NCBI RefSeq assembly: GCF_009914755.1
Contig: NC_060926.1
Length of the DNA stretch: 64,000 nt
Source of the DNA: the human T2T-CHM13v2.0 reference genome, Homo sapiens
Strand: one strand, 5' to 3'
Numbering within the stretch: the stretch's first letter is position 1; every line of letters starts with the position of its first letter. The notes under the pieces are model-generated. The model worked only from the letters and a program-made list of their open reading frames with translations. It was not told the DNA's origin and did not search any database. The position numbers were made by a program, and so were the translations under genes. This document shows positions 14,799 through 28,679 of this stretch, in pieces.

Positions 14799-15103
14799 TT
14801 TTTTTTTTTTTTTTTTTTGAGACGGAGTCTCCTTCTGTCACCCAGGCTGGAGTGCAGTAGCGTGATCTCGGCTCACTGCAACCTCCGCTTCCTGGGTTCA
14901 AGTGATTCTCCTGCCTCACCCTCCTGAGTAGCTGGGACTACAGGCATGTGCCACCACACCCGACTAATTTTGTTTGTTTGTTTTTAGTAGAGACAGGGTT
15001 TCACTCTGTTAGCCGGGATGGTCTCTATCTTCTGACCTTGTAATCCACCCACCTCGGCCTCCCAAAGTGCTGAGATTACAGGCGTGAGCCACCGCACCTG
15101 GCC
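14799..15103 (-). mobile_element. Alu (AluS-like)
   Basis: Poly-T then GAGACGGAGTCTC...GCACCTGGCC. Confidence 0.95.
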
Positions 15104-16666
15104 TCTATTTTTAAACCCCATATTTATTTTAAATCATATAGAATATAGTGTAGTAATTCATTTATATATAATTTGCTTTAATTCTTCACCCTTTGTTTTC
15201 CCTGAGAGTTTCATATGACTCTTTTCCATTCACCCACGAAGTAGTTCCAGCTTTAAGTCATTCCCTGTATCAAGGGCTAGTAAGCTGACAGCCAGCACTG
15301 ATGCTTGTTTGCATTTGAGCATTGGAGCTCTTATTTCTAGAGGTACACTGTCTATTTTCTGTGGTTTTATAACTGATCTTTCTTGGCCTCCTATTTGAAT
15401 ATAGAAAGAGAAAAATTAGAAAATATAGAAAAAAGTGAGAATTTTTTGGCTGATTTTATGTTGCCTCTGAGGCCTAAGTGTCAAAAAGATGAATCTGGGG
15501 TTTGATATGTTTGGCCTGTCTGTAGGGCTTTCTCCCAGTCCTCACTGGCAGCACCTTTTAGTGTAAGAAAAGCTGTATGAAAAGAGAAAGCGTACAGCAT
15601 GGATCTAAATTTAGAAGACATTTATTTTTCTTAATCCCAGATATAAATACGTAAAACTATTACATTAATTCCGAGACTATCCAGTGGTTATATATAATTA
15701 TGTAAAGACAAAGTAATAGAGCCTTTTAAAAACTTAGAACAGTGTAAAACAAAATGTATATTTCACATTTATCTTTTGTGAGTAATTGGAAGAAATTTAC
15801 AAATGAAGTTAAGATTTTCCCTTAATACCTAAAGAACTGTTTCTGAACATCGTGGAATTTATTTATAATGGAGCTAAAACACTCCACTTTTTTGACATTG
15901 TTCCTTATTTCATAGTAAACTGTAATTCTTTACCTACAGGTGTAGAAAGGTGGATTTTGGGGGCTTTCTTCTTTTTTTCCTTTAAAAATTTTAGAAGTAT
16001 TTCTTTTCTATAACAAATTCAAACCTTCCTCATACACTTTTTCTGTTTTATAACACTGTCAGCCCATGGTAGAAAGAAATAGGAAGAAAATGTCTTTAAA
16101 TTTAGAAATATACTTTGGTTCTCTTTTTCTGTAAAGAATCACAGATGACTTATAGTGTTTATAGTTTTTGCTTTTGTTAAAAAAAAAAACAGTGTTTTGT
16201 GTTTCATTAAATATATACTACTTTTCAGTCTAATTCAGAATATTGCTTTAAAATGTCCCAGATACTCAGTTTTGAATTTTCATGTATAATATCAAGGTTT
16301 TATTATAATTGAACAAACATCTGGCACACACAATGGCTTTCTCACGCAGCACCTCTCAACTCCACCCCGTTTCTCCATTCATGGAGTGGGGAAGATACAT
16401 GCCCAGCACAAACTGCGTGTTTGCAAAGCTGTTAATGACATAAATGTCCTTTCCAGATACAAAACCTGAGCTTTGTGAGCTCCCTCAATGAGGAAAACTG
16501 TTTGAAACAAACCACTTTCCCCATTTTCCTGGTCATTCACTGAATGAGCTTGTTGATACAGTTCGAAATGTAAATGCTGGCATACTTTTATTGGATTAAA
16601 AAAAAAACAATCTAAACTGACTTCAGTCATGAGGATATTCATTCTTGACCTTATTTGGGATGATAA

Positions 16667-17067
<401 letters not shown>

Positions 17068-17971
17068 TAATTTAAATACTTTAATAATTCTTAGGACTCT
17101 TGGCTGTTCAAAAAAATCAAGATGTTTAAAAATGCATTTTAGATTTTACTCCTCTGTAAAAAACCATTTGCTGTTTATTTTTAAACGTTTGAAAGGACAT
17201 GTGGAGTGGGGAAAGGAACCAGGCCTTGGAGCCCACTCTCAGTGGTTCAGATAGACTCTGGGAAGGGGGTGAGTCCAGTGAGGACCCTGGAGACCTGGAC
17301 TGATCCAGACCCAGTGTCTCCTTATGAATGCTTTACAGTAAACTATGACCTATCTTTTGAACATGAAATAGGTCTTACTTCCGTCTTCTATCATTTTTTA
17401 AAACATTCATAATTCCAAAGCCTGATGTCTTAGAATTATTACTAGGATTGCATTCTCTTCTGAATATATAACAATGCTGTTATACTTCTAAGAAAACGAT
17501 TTTTTTTAATGACATAATAATTCTCCATCACCTTCTACAAGACTAAAGAACAATAGAATACTGAAGACAGAGGATTCAAATAACTCCCATGACATAGAGT
17601 GGGTCATGTACAAATGGAGTTGAGTTTTTAAGGAAAGATATAGTAAATTACATATGTTTCTTATTTTTGCTTATATTCCTATTTTAAAAAAAGTAGCTTG
17701 ACTTCATTTTGCAGTTGGAGAAAAATAAGTTATAGGGTATTAGAATGTCTTCCAATAAGCAGATAGGAAGTGGTGGTCAAGATGACTACTCAGAGTGCCT
17801 TAATATTTCAGTCTAATATATATGCCACAATACCTGTAACCCATGGGAAATAGAAAAGCAAAGTTAGCTTTTGAAATGGTAAGAGAGTCTCTAACCAGGA
17901 AATGCAGCAGTGTGGATTATCTCTTTTTTTTTCAGTAAACATTCAAGTTGGTGTTTAAAATGCATGTAGAG

Positions 17972-18311
<340 letters not shown>

Positions 18312-18329
18312 ATGCATGTAGAAAAGTGC

Positions 18330-21300
18330 CTAAATCATAAGGCCACCACTTGACAAGCATTTATAGTGAGCATACCTGGTAACCAGCCCCCTGAACCTCC
18401 CTCAAACTTCCTCGTGATTATTCCCCACCCTCATATCCAATACTCATACATAGCACTTACCACTATCCTGACTTCATTATTGTAGATTCGTTCTGCCTGG
18501 TGTATTAGTCTGTTCTCTGCTAGAACACTGCTAGGAAGAAATACCCAAGACTGAGTAATTTATAAAGGAAAGAGGTTTAATTAATTCACAGTTCATTGCT
18601 GGGGAGGCCTCAGGAAACTTACAGTCATGGTGGAAGGCAAAGGAAGAGCAGGTACCTTCTTCACAGGGCGGCAGGATGGAGTGAGCGCAAGCAGGGAAAA
18701 TGCCAGACACTTAAAAAATCATCAGGTCTCATGAGACTTACTCACTATCATGAGAACAGCATTGGAGAAACCGCTCCCATGATCCACTTGCCTCCACCTA
18801 GTTCTGCCCTTGACACATGGGGATTATGGGGATTACAATTCAAGGTAAGATTTTGGGTGGGGACACAGCCAAACCATATCACCTGCTTTTGAACATTAGC
18901 TACATGTAATCATAATATGTACTCCTTTGTGTCTGGCTTCTTTTATTCAACATTGCATTTGTAAGCTTCGTCTGTCTTGTCATGTGTAGTAGTCCATTTA
19001 TTTTCATTGCTATATAGTATTTCATTGTATACTACATTATGTATCCATTCTACTGTTGATGGTCATTTGGCATGCTTCCTATGTGAGGCTGTTGTGAATA
19101 AACTTCCTGTGAATATTCTTGAACATGACTTTTCGTGGGCATAATCACTAATTTCTGTTGGATATCACTAAGAAGTATAATTTCTGGGTCATAGAATGTA
19201 TGTATGTTTCACTCGCATATATATAGCCAGTTTTTCAGAGTACCAGTTTACACTGCTACCAGCAAAGGGTTAAGAGTCTCAGATCCACATTATCATCAAT
19301 AATTGGTATTGTCATTCCTCTTAAGGTTTAGCCATACTGAGTAAAGGTATCTCATTATGGTCTCAATTTGTGTTTCCCTTGTGAAGATATATCTTTAACA
19401 ACTTATCATACCTTTATTGGCCCTTTGGATATTGTTTCTGTTATCTAATTCTGCATAAGAAACTTCTTCCAAATGAAGTGCTCAAAACAACTATTTTAAT
19501 GGCAACTTCAGGTGAACTCAAGTTGTTAATTTTAATGAAGTCCAGTGTTTTAATTGTTTTATTTCAGATCAGTATTTTTTATGTCCAGAATCTTTGCAAA
19601 CCCTAAAGTCATTAAGGTACTGTTATGTTGTCTTCTGATAGCTTTATTGTTTCACATTTTAAATTTGGATTTGTAAGGCCCCTGAAGTTTTTTTGCATAT
19701 GGTGAGAAATAGGGGTCAAGATTTCTTCATTTCCTAAATGGACATCAAATTAGGTCATCACTGTTTATTGAAAAGAGTGCCTTTTTCCCACTAATATGAA
19801 TTTTTTTTATTAACCATAGAGTCAGATATATATGAATATATTTCTGCATTATTCATATTATTTAATAGGTTTATCTGTCTTTGTACCATTTGTACATTGT
19901 CCTAGTTACAGTAGCTTTATAATAAATTTTAATGTTTTCTGCTGTCAGTTCTAACTTCTTCAATTCTGTTCTTGAGATTGTCACAGCTATTCTTGGCCCT
20001 TTGCATTTCTATATAAATTTTATAATCAGGTGATCAATTTTTACAAAACTCTGCTGGGATTTTGATTGGAATTGAGTTGAATCAATAGATCAATTTGGGG
20101 AGGTTTGGCATTTTACAGTATTTAGTCATCTAATCTGTGAATACAACACACCCCTTTATTAGGGTTTCCTTCATTTGTCTTAGTGTTTTGTTGGAGATTT
20201 TTGTATAAAGTCTTTCACAGCTTATTTAAGACTTATTCCTAGGTCTTCAAGATTTGCATGTGGTTGTGAATGGTATTAAAATTTTTTTACCCTTATAATT
20301 GTTTGTTACCAGTATATACAGCTAAATTTGATTTTTGTACATTGAACTTGTATCCATGACCTTGCTAAATCTGCTTGTTAATTCTAGCAGTTTATATGCA
20401 GATTTCTTTGCATCTCCCACATATACAATTATGTTGTATAAGTAATGCTAGTTTTATTCCTTCTCTTCTGGTAAGCATACTTTTATTTCCTTTTCATGTC
20501 TTACTGTACTGTCTAGGACCTCTACTGCAATGTTGACTAGAAGTGGTGACAGCTTGCTTGTCTCTTTCCTGATATCAGCAGCAAAGACATTTAATATGAT
20601 GCTTGCCATAGGTTTTTTTTTTCTTAATAGATATTCTTTATCAGATAAAGAAGTTCCCTTATATATCTAGTTTGCTAATGTTCTTTATCATGCTTGGTTT
20701 TGAATTTTAACAGATGGTTTTTCTGCATCTGTTGAAATAATTACATTATTTTCTTCTTTATTCTGTTAATGTGGTGAATTACATTGACTGGATTTTAAAA
20801 CAAGATAAAAATTTGTTTTCCTTATAGCAGTCTAAGCTTCAGTAATCTAGGGCTGATAATACAGGTCTATAATACAGGGACCCAGACAATATCTTTTTTT
20901 TTTTGCTTTGTTCTTCCAGACTCAGGTTTTCTCTATCATGGTCTCAAAAAAAAAAAAAAAAATCCTTGAAGAATTCACCGGTAAAGTCATTTGTGCCTGG
21001 AATGTTTGTTTTTGTTTCCTTTTGTTTTTGTGCCTATGCATTATAAACATTTTTAAATTGCAGTTAAGATTTCATTAATAGATAAAATAATATTCAGGCT
21101 TTTGACTTTTCATGTCAGTTTCAGTAAGTTTTGTTTTCCAAGGAATTTATCCATTTGGGTAAAACTTCGTTTTTATTTGCACAAAATTATTTATAATATC
21201 CTCTTCTCTGTATATATGTAGTGATCTTTTTTAAAATTTCAGTAATTTGTGCTTATGTTTCGCTCTTGATCAGTTTTCCTAGGGTTATTAGTCATTTCAA

Positions 21301-21910
21301 AGAAACAACTTATGTGGATTTGTTTCCTTTGTTTTCTATTTTATTAATTTTTGCTTTTATATTTATTATTTTTTCTATATTTTTTATATTTACACTTTGG
21401 GGTTTAAATTGTCTTTATTTCTAACTACTTGAAGTAGATCTTTAAATCATTAGATTATCAATCTTCTAATATTTGTATTTATAGGTATATATTTCTTTCT
21501 AAGAATGGCTTTATCTGCTATCCATAAGTTTTGATATGTTGTATTTTGTTATTTACATAAAATATTTCTAAAGTTCATTGTCATTTTTTTCCTTTGACCA
21601 ATGAATTATTTAGAAGTATTTCACTTAATATCCAGATGTTTGGGTATTTTCTGGTTAACTTTTTGTTACTGGTTTCTACCTTAAAACCACTATGGCCAGA
21701 GAATATACTCTAAATGACTTCAATCCTTGAAATTTGTTATGGCACAGAATATTATCAATTTTAGTAAATAGTCCTTGTCTGCTTGAAAACAATTTATATT
21801 ATGCGGCTGGACCTATATGTCAATTAGGGCCAGTTTGTAAGTTGTGTTGTTAAAATCATCTATATCCCTACCGATTTTTTGTCTGCTTACTATATAAATG
21901 ACCGAGGAGT
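18330..21910 (-). mobile_element. Old L1M (L1MD/ME-type) fragment, degenerate, interrupted by THE1 and short MLT-like pieces
   Basis: T-rich antisense L1 3'UTR/ORF2 motifs such as CTGCTGGGATTTTGATTGGAATTG, TCCATGACCTTGCTAAAT and GCTTTATCTGCTATCCATAAGTTTTGATATG. No ORF; boundaries approximate. Confidence 0.8.
18501..18881 (-). mobile_element. THE1C/D-type MaLR solo LTR
   Basis: TGTATTAGTCTG ... GGGGACACAGCCAAACCATATCA; near-perfect 5-bp TSD CCTGG/CCTGC. Confidence 0.92.
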
Positions 21911-22381
21911 ATGTAAGAAAACTACATGTATGTAAGAAAACTCGGCTAGATTAAAAAGCATTTTAAAGGGTTTTATGTGTATTTTTTTGTTTTGAGAGTT
22001 TTGGGTTTTATTTGCTTGTTTGTAATTGCAATTGTTGAGAATTGCAGTGACCTCCTAACTTAAATATGTGTATACTATTAATTAATAATTATCAGTAGCA
22101 TTTTATCTTACATAATATAATTTCAAGCAAAACACTTCATCTTAAAACAAGATTTTATTTTCATTCAGAAAAAATAAAACGTTGCAAGTTTTCAATATTT
22201 TAAAAATATTTATGAATAGGTATTTTATTTTTGTTTGTACAGTTGTATTTCACTCAAATGTTTATTCCTGTTAGGGTGGAATATATATTTATACACAAGC
22301 AAAATAATTAAAATACTTATTTAAGTATCCTCAAATAGTAGATTGCAAGTATGTGATTTTTCTGATTTTAAGAGTAACATA

Positions 22382-22525
22382 AGCCAGGTGTGGTGGTGGG
22401 TACCTGTAGTTACAGCTACTTGGGAGGCTGAGGTGGGAGGATCATTTGAGCTTAGGAGTTTGAGGCCAGGCCAGCCTGGTTGATGTAGTGAGACACCATC
22501 TCCAAAAAAAAAAAAAAAAAAAAAA
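22382..22525 (+). mobile_element. FLAM/Alu monomer with A-tail followed by (AG)n
   Basis: Single-arm GCCAGGTGTGGTGG...GTGAGACACCATCTCC(A)n. Confidence 0.85.
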
Positions 22526-22647
22526 GAGAGAGAGAGACAGAGACACTCTCATTATAGAAAATTTAGAAAATTCTGAGAAATATAAAGAAAAAAATCATTT
22601 ATCAACCAGTGTTAATTAATGTTAATATTTGACATATTTCTTAATAG

Positions 22648-22902
<255 letters not shown>

Positions 22903-23024
22903 TGAAGGATCTCTCTAAAGAAACAGCATTTGAGCTGAGCTCAGGGCAAAGCCTCTGAGACAGAGAACTTGGTGCACTCAAGGGAGTGGAAAAGGCCATG
23001 CCTGGTTCTGAGAGAGGAGGTGTA

Positions 23025-23111
23025 GTCTACAGCGATCCCACCGTAAATACACCTCTCATCTGATCTTGAAAGCTGAGCAGGGTCGGGCCTCATTAGTACT
23101 TGGATGGGAGA
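23025..23111 (+). pseudogene. 5S rRNA pseudogene, 3'-truncated at about nt 90 (an RNA5SP-type locus; number not asserted)
   Basis: GTCTACAGCGATCCCACCGTAAATACACC...TCTGATCTTGAAAGCTGAGCAGGGTCGGGCCTCATTAGTACTTGGATGGGAGA aligns to human 5S GTCTACGGCCATACCACC...TGGATGGGAGA. The 3' ~30 nt are absent. Confidence 0.92.
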
Positions 23112-23247
23112 GAGAGGCTCAGCAAGGGTAGAGCTAGGGAGGCAGGTACAGAATTTGCAACTTCCCACAGGAAATGTAAAGAGTTTGGGTGTTATTCTAA
23201 GTGTAACTGAAATAGACTGATAGATTCGGAGCAGGACAATGATATAC

Positions 23248-23440
23248 TATATTTCATCTTTCTAAAAAGATGCACATTTTTTCACCTTTAATACTGGGGC
23301 ACTTCCTACAGTTGAAGTGATTTTTAAAAAGCAGTGCAAAATAGGTTAATTTGTAGAGTTTTTTTTTTCTTTCTTAGTGGTTCAGAAAATAATTTTGTTC
23401 TTTTTAATGAGTGGAGTCTTCTATTTGATTTAATTCAGTA
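23248..23440 (+). mobile_element. MER104-like DNA transposon remnant
   Basis: TATTTCATCTTTCTAAAAAGATGCACATTTTTTCACCTTTAA start motif. Confidence 0.55.
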
Positions 23441-23499
23441 ATTTATATTTTTTAAGTACAGTGTTTCTGTTTTCCAGGTTGCTTTTTGGCAATGGGGTT

Positions 23500-24800
23500 A
23501 GAGGAGCAGGAGAAAACTCAGGATATCTTCTAGGATATTGTTATAATAGCTCAGGCCACACATATTGGTAGCTCAGGCTAGAGCAGTGGCAACATGATGG
23601 AGAGAAATGAATGACTCCAAAAATGCTCTGGAGATAGAGCCTAGTGCTAGATTAGAACATAGAGTTGAACCCGATGTAGGACATGGAGGAGAACTGTTGA
23701 AGAGGGGTCATAGGTCCTGGCTTTAGCAAGTTGGTATTTGGTGACACTATTTGCTGACATGGTAAAAAAACGAAGCAATTTTTTTGTAAAGATCAAGAGT
23801 GTGAGTTGGTTATATTAAATTAGAGTTGCCTGTGAAATATCCATGTGGGTGTGTCCCATAGGGAATTGGATCAAGTTAATTCTAATGTTCAGAAGAGAAG
23901 TCTAGTCTGGAGATAAAAACTGGAAGTCATCAGATCTAGACCGCATGTGAAGCCATCAGAATGGATGAGACCACCAAGAGAGATCATAGAATGAGAAAAA
24001 AAGAAGGTCTAGGACTAAGCTCTGAGAAATGCCAACATATAGGGGTCAAGTAAAAGAGACCCTGTAGGAGGAGTCCAGGGAGTAAGAGGAAACAGAGGAT
24101 ATGGTACTGTAGAATCCAAGGGAAAAGAGTTCTTCAAGGAGAGAGTGGTCAACCGCATTGAATACAACTGAGAGCTCTACTAAGAGGACAAGAAGAATCC
24201 TTTGGGTTTTACAAAATGGTGACCTTATCAGGTGCTGTTTCAGTGGAATCTTGAATTCAGGAGCCACTCAAGAATGAATGAGAACTGATGGAGTAAACAC
24301 AGCATGCGTAGATAAGTCAAGAACCTTGGCTGTTAAAAAGGAGTAAGAAATATGGAATGATCCAATAGAGAGGGAAAGAAGGTGATGCAGGGGCAGAGGC
24401 CACATGGACAAGCGCAGACAGCACGTGGCAAAGGCCTCTATGCCATTACCCATGGAAGAAAACTGAAGAGGTTTAAGCAGAGAACTATTTGATTGGACTG
24501 TTTCATTAGGTAAATTATTCTGTCATTGTGGGAGATGAATTTGGGGTCTTTAATGAGTGTCTGAAAGCACAAAACTCAGTTTGGAAGCCATTGCAGGAAT
24601 TCGAGTGAAAGATAATGTGTCCTTGAATAAGGCTGGAGAGGAAAGGAGAGACTGGAGATACAACCAAAAGATAAAATCAGAAGAATGTGGTGACTGGATG
24701 TGGAGCAGTAATCAAGGATGACTCCCACATTTTTGGGTAACTAGGATGATATATGTGATTTTTAGGATGGTTTCCAACAGGATATCTTTAACTGTAGATG
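23500..24800 (+). mobile_element. L2 fragments
   Basis: Purine-rich L2 motifs, e.g. GAAGTCTAGTCTGGAGATAAAAACTGGAAGTCATCAG and GAAGCCATCAGAATGGATGAGACCACC; boundaries approximate. Confidence 0.7.
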
Positions 24801-24914
24801 GTGAATACCTGTTGTCTACATAGTGGTTGACAAAAATGGAGCAGTGTTGTTTTAGTTTCTCTGGAATATAGGATTGAGGCTTGTCTGGGTAATTTTTACA
24901 GAATAATTTAAGTA

Positions 24915-25267
24915 GGCTGGGCATGGTGGCTCATATCTGTAATCCCAGCACTGGTTGGCCGAGGTGGGAGGATCACTTGAGCCGAGGAGTTTGAGATCAG
25001 CCTGGGCAACATAATGAGACCTCATCTCTACTAAAAATTAAAAAAAAAAAAAAAAAATGCCAGGCATGGCAGCATACACCTGTGGTCCCAGCTATTTGAG
25101 AGGCTGAGGTAGGAGGATTGCTTGAGCCTAGGAAGTTGAGGCTGCAGTGAGCTGTGGCTCACTGTGAGAGCCATGGCACTCTCTCTCACAGTGAGAGCAT
25201 GGCACTGCTCTCTAGTGTGGGCAACAGAGTGAGACCCTGTCTCTAAAATAAATAAGTAAGTAAGTAA
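24915..25267 (+). mobile_element. AluJ-like element with an internal rearrangement in the right arm
   Basis: GGAGGATCACTTGAGCC; extra inverted/duplicated sequence at 25157-25206. Confidence 0.92.
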
Positions 25268-26449
25268 ATTTTTTGAAAGTAGTACATCTCCATGCTGGGG
25301 AAAAAAAAAAAAAAAAGATGTCTCATTGGCCAGCCTTCTTTTCTAGAAGGTAATTATGGGAAAGTTGAATTTCAAATAATTTGTTACCTATGTCATTTCT
25401 TATTGCTTATCTTAGGCTGCTAGCTTTCAAAACAGACTTGTGACCATCAAGGTCCCCGTGTTTTTTTCCTGCCCTTCTCTGTCAAGGGATAGCATGGTAG
25501 TCAGACTCGGCCCAGGGATGTCGTCTGCTGTTTCTGGCCTATTCCCATCTCCTAGAACAAAGTTATTTTCCATAACACATATGGGCTATATTCCCCAGCC
25601 TTGTCGATGTTGCCAGACCTCAGTGGACCTTTTTTAAAAGGATCTTTCCATATCCTATTGTATTGCCTGGACCATCTCCCAATCCAGTTTTTAATTTCCT
25701 ATTGGCTAAATTTTATTTTCTTTCTTTAGGCCTTGTGCTCATCTTCCGCTTAATGCTGGCTTCCCTCCTGTGCTGTGAGAGAGACCTTAATCGCTTGTGG
25801 GCCAGCAGCCATGCCATTTTAAAATTCTTTTGGGCAGCTATTCAGCTGGTTTAACATCTTTCACTCCCACTTGTTGGCTGAGATTTACTCTCTCCTAGCC
25901 GGCTTCCATTCCTTTCAGAAAGGAGTGTGAGGGCTGCATTTCCATTGTAAGCCCCTTTTCTTTGGATCTGTTTTCCTAAGATTCTGGCACCAAATACTTA
26001 ACCAATCTCAGTTGGTTAAGAAGTTCTGAGCTAAAATAGTGGGCCATTTTCTTCTTATGAAGAGTTCCAGGAGCACCGATGCTAGACATGGTCCTGTCTA
26101 AGTCCTGGGACCTCCTGAGACTTGCAACCATGGGTGCCTGATGTGCTTTCTTCCAAGGGTCTCCTACAAAAATATCCTCTTCATGGCCCACAGTAGCTCT
26201 AGTGTCTAGATTTCAAGTATGATGATATTTCTTGTATTAAAGGACAGAGATGCCTAAGTCTTATTTAAGGACAAGAAGACTTGATAAAACTGGAAGCCAG
26301 TAGGTGATGAGTCAAAGAGTAACAGATGGTGTGTTCTGACCTCCATCTTCATAGTGGGCAAACTCCAGTGTGCTTTTTGGGCTCACAGTTTGGTTAGTTC
26401 TCTTCATCATCTAGGACTAACCTTTTTTAACTATCATCATGGTGACAGG

Positions 26450-26660
26450 TAAGAGAATGTGATGGCTAGAACCACAGACAGATTCAGAGGATTCTTCTGT
26501 GACCAGGCCCTGTTCCTCTGCCAGCTCTCCCGCTAACTGACTATGTAACCTTGAGGCAAGTCACTTCCCCTTTCTAGCCCTCAGTTTTCCGGTTATTAAA
26601 ATGAAGAGATTGAACTGGATAATCTTCAGGTTTCCGTTAAGTCAAAATGGACCATATGAT
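26450..26660 (+). mobile_element. MIR
   Basis: CTAACTGACTATGTAACCTTGAGGCAAGTCACTTCCCC...CTCAGTTTTCC...AAAATGAAGAGATTGAACTGGAT. Confidence 0.8.
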
Positions 26661-28679
26661 TCATCTAAAAATGTTCTAAGACAGGAAGCCCGTTTCTTCA
26701 CAACTCTCAGTAGCTTTGGAGATTTTCCTATGAATTATCCATTACCAAAAAATGACACCCCCATTCCCACTATCCACTTCTCTGGAGCGTCCTGGCAGCA
26801 GACGGAAAGCTCATTAGTGAGCTGCTTCCCCTAATAGATGAGTACGTTTTGCTCAGAATAAGGAAGAAGGAAGTCAACAGAATAAGAGAAGGAGATGTTA
26901 AGAAACTAAGAAGAAGCACTTTCCTAAAAATGTAAAACCAAAAACTGAAGAATATATCTGAAAAAAGAGCACCAAATCATTTTACTAATGAAATAGACAC
27001 AAATACCCCTTTCTTTCCAATATACATCATTTTCAGAATATGTACAGATACACATAGACTTTTCTGCATGTAATACAAGACACCTAATGGAACCATTGAG
27101 ATTTGTTGTGAATTTTTGTGTTGAGTTCTTAAAATTAAAACGATTTTAATTTTTTGGTTCTTAAACAAGATTTACATGACCCCAACCTCTTTTAGAAAAC
27201 CCTGCCTTCTTTCCATACTTGTTATTTATTTCATAGTTCACTTTACATAAATGAGAAGGTGACACAGGTGTCTGGCCTTACACCTTTATTTGAGAATTCG
27301 GGAGTGCATGGGTTCGAGTTCTACTCTAGTATGTAGACTCCCTGAATGCAGTCAGTAGGTTTTTAAAAACTTTTGGTTCATTGAGAAAATGTCTTAAGTA
27401 AAAAGCATCTGGGCAAGGAAAATGGATCTGCCAAGTAGATCAATAAAGACCCTCAAAAGCGTGGATCTATTAGTCATTGACAACATTGCTACTTTTTAAA
27501 TGAGCCACTGGTAGTTCCCGTCACCCAGAACTATGTTCTATTTTTCTTTCTGACATTTATGTAATTTTTTATTGGGAAATTCACATCAGGGATCGATTCT
27601 CCTTGGTTTGCATAATTCTTTCTTGACTTTATTTCCATTGAAATATCAATATTTATATCTGCCTTCTTCAGTAAAGTGTAAATAGCAACACTTGCGTGAT
27701 GAATCAGCAACTTTTATAATACCACACCTGATTTTTCTGGATTGACAATTGACAGTTGATCACTAGACAAATCACGCCTGTAATCACTAACCCATTGGAT
27801 AGTATTACCAATGATATCATGCATGGCCCTTACAGATCACTAAGCAAAATTGCTTGGTAGTTTTAACAGAATCACCCTTCATTAAGTGAAAACATATGAT
27901 ATTTGGATGATTCAAAATATAGTTTCATCTTCCAAATTCAACTTTAGCAAAAAAGGATGACTTTCACTTGTTCGTTTAGTCTTGCTGGGACTTCTACTCT
28001 AATGTAATAAATTTTCTTAACATTTAGCTTTATTTCTCTAGAATTACTCGTATTTGTAGCAGTTCTTTTCATTGTATGTATATACGGGACTAACAATGGA
28101 AAAATATCTCAGAGAGCTCACATCATCAAAGAAAATTCTAATGAAATAATGTTTTTTCTTGTAGAGGTCATTAAAGTGAAACAAATGTCCTCTTATTAAG
28201 CTATTACCTCACCTCACTGTTGAAAACATGAAACTGCTGAGAATTACATTATATCATTTTTATAAAATATTAGTTGCTGAAGAGCTAGTTTCCAGCAGGC
28301 ATTCCACGTTATTTTTTCCTATTCATTCAAATCCAAAATATTGCTCATCTAAACTTTCTCGGTTAATCACTGTTACAGTAAGTCTGAGACTGCAAGACGC
28401 CCAGTAATTCATAACCAGCTTGGGGCTTGTTCACCTTCAGGTCAATTATTTGGTTCCTGTGCACAGTAACGAGAAATCATCATCTGCTATAATTGCATAG
28501 AATTAATAAAAAGGAAAGCAAGGATGTTCCTTCAAGAATCTGGACTGAAAAGCCACCAGGTTTCTAGTACATACCTTCTCTTTCTCCTCCTTAGCTGTCC
28601 TTCCACTCATTTTAGTAGGGAAATAAGTTGCTGGTGAGGTTAAGTTAAAGGTTCCTCACCCTGAGAAAGAGCCCTCGAT

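Noticed and set aside
25700-25960. Strong-looking acceptor TTTTATTTTCTTTCTTTAG suggesting a hidden exon or processed pseudogene
   Set aside because: No good donor nearby, no EGF/TB-like or otherwise recognisable translation, no poly(A)/TSD.
26392-26422. GGTTAGTTCT...AGGACTAACC hairpin
   Set aside because: 10-bp stem with a wobble; too short for a pre-miRNA and expected by chance.
27305-27335. GGTTCGAGTTC B-box suggesting a tRNA
   Set aside because: No cloverleaf, A-box spacing or acceptor stem; at most a MIR-like fragment.
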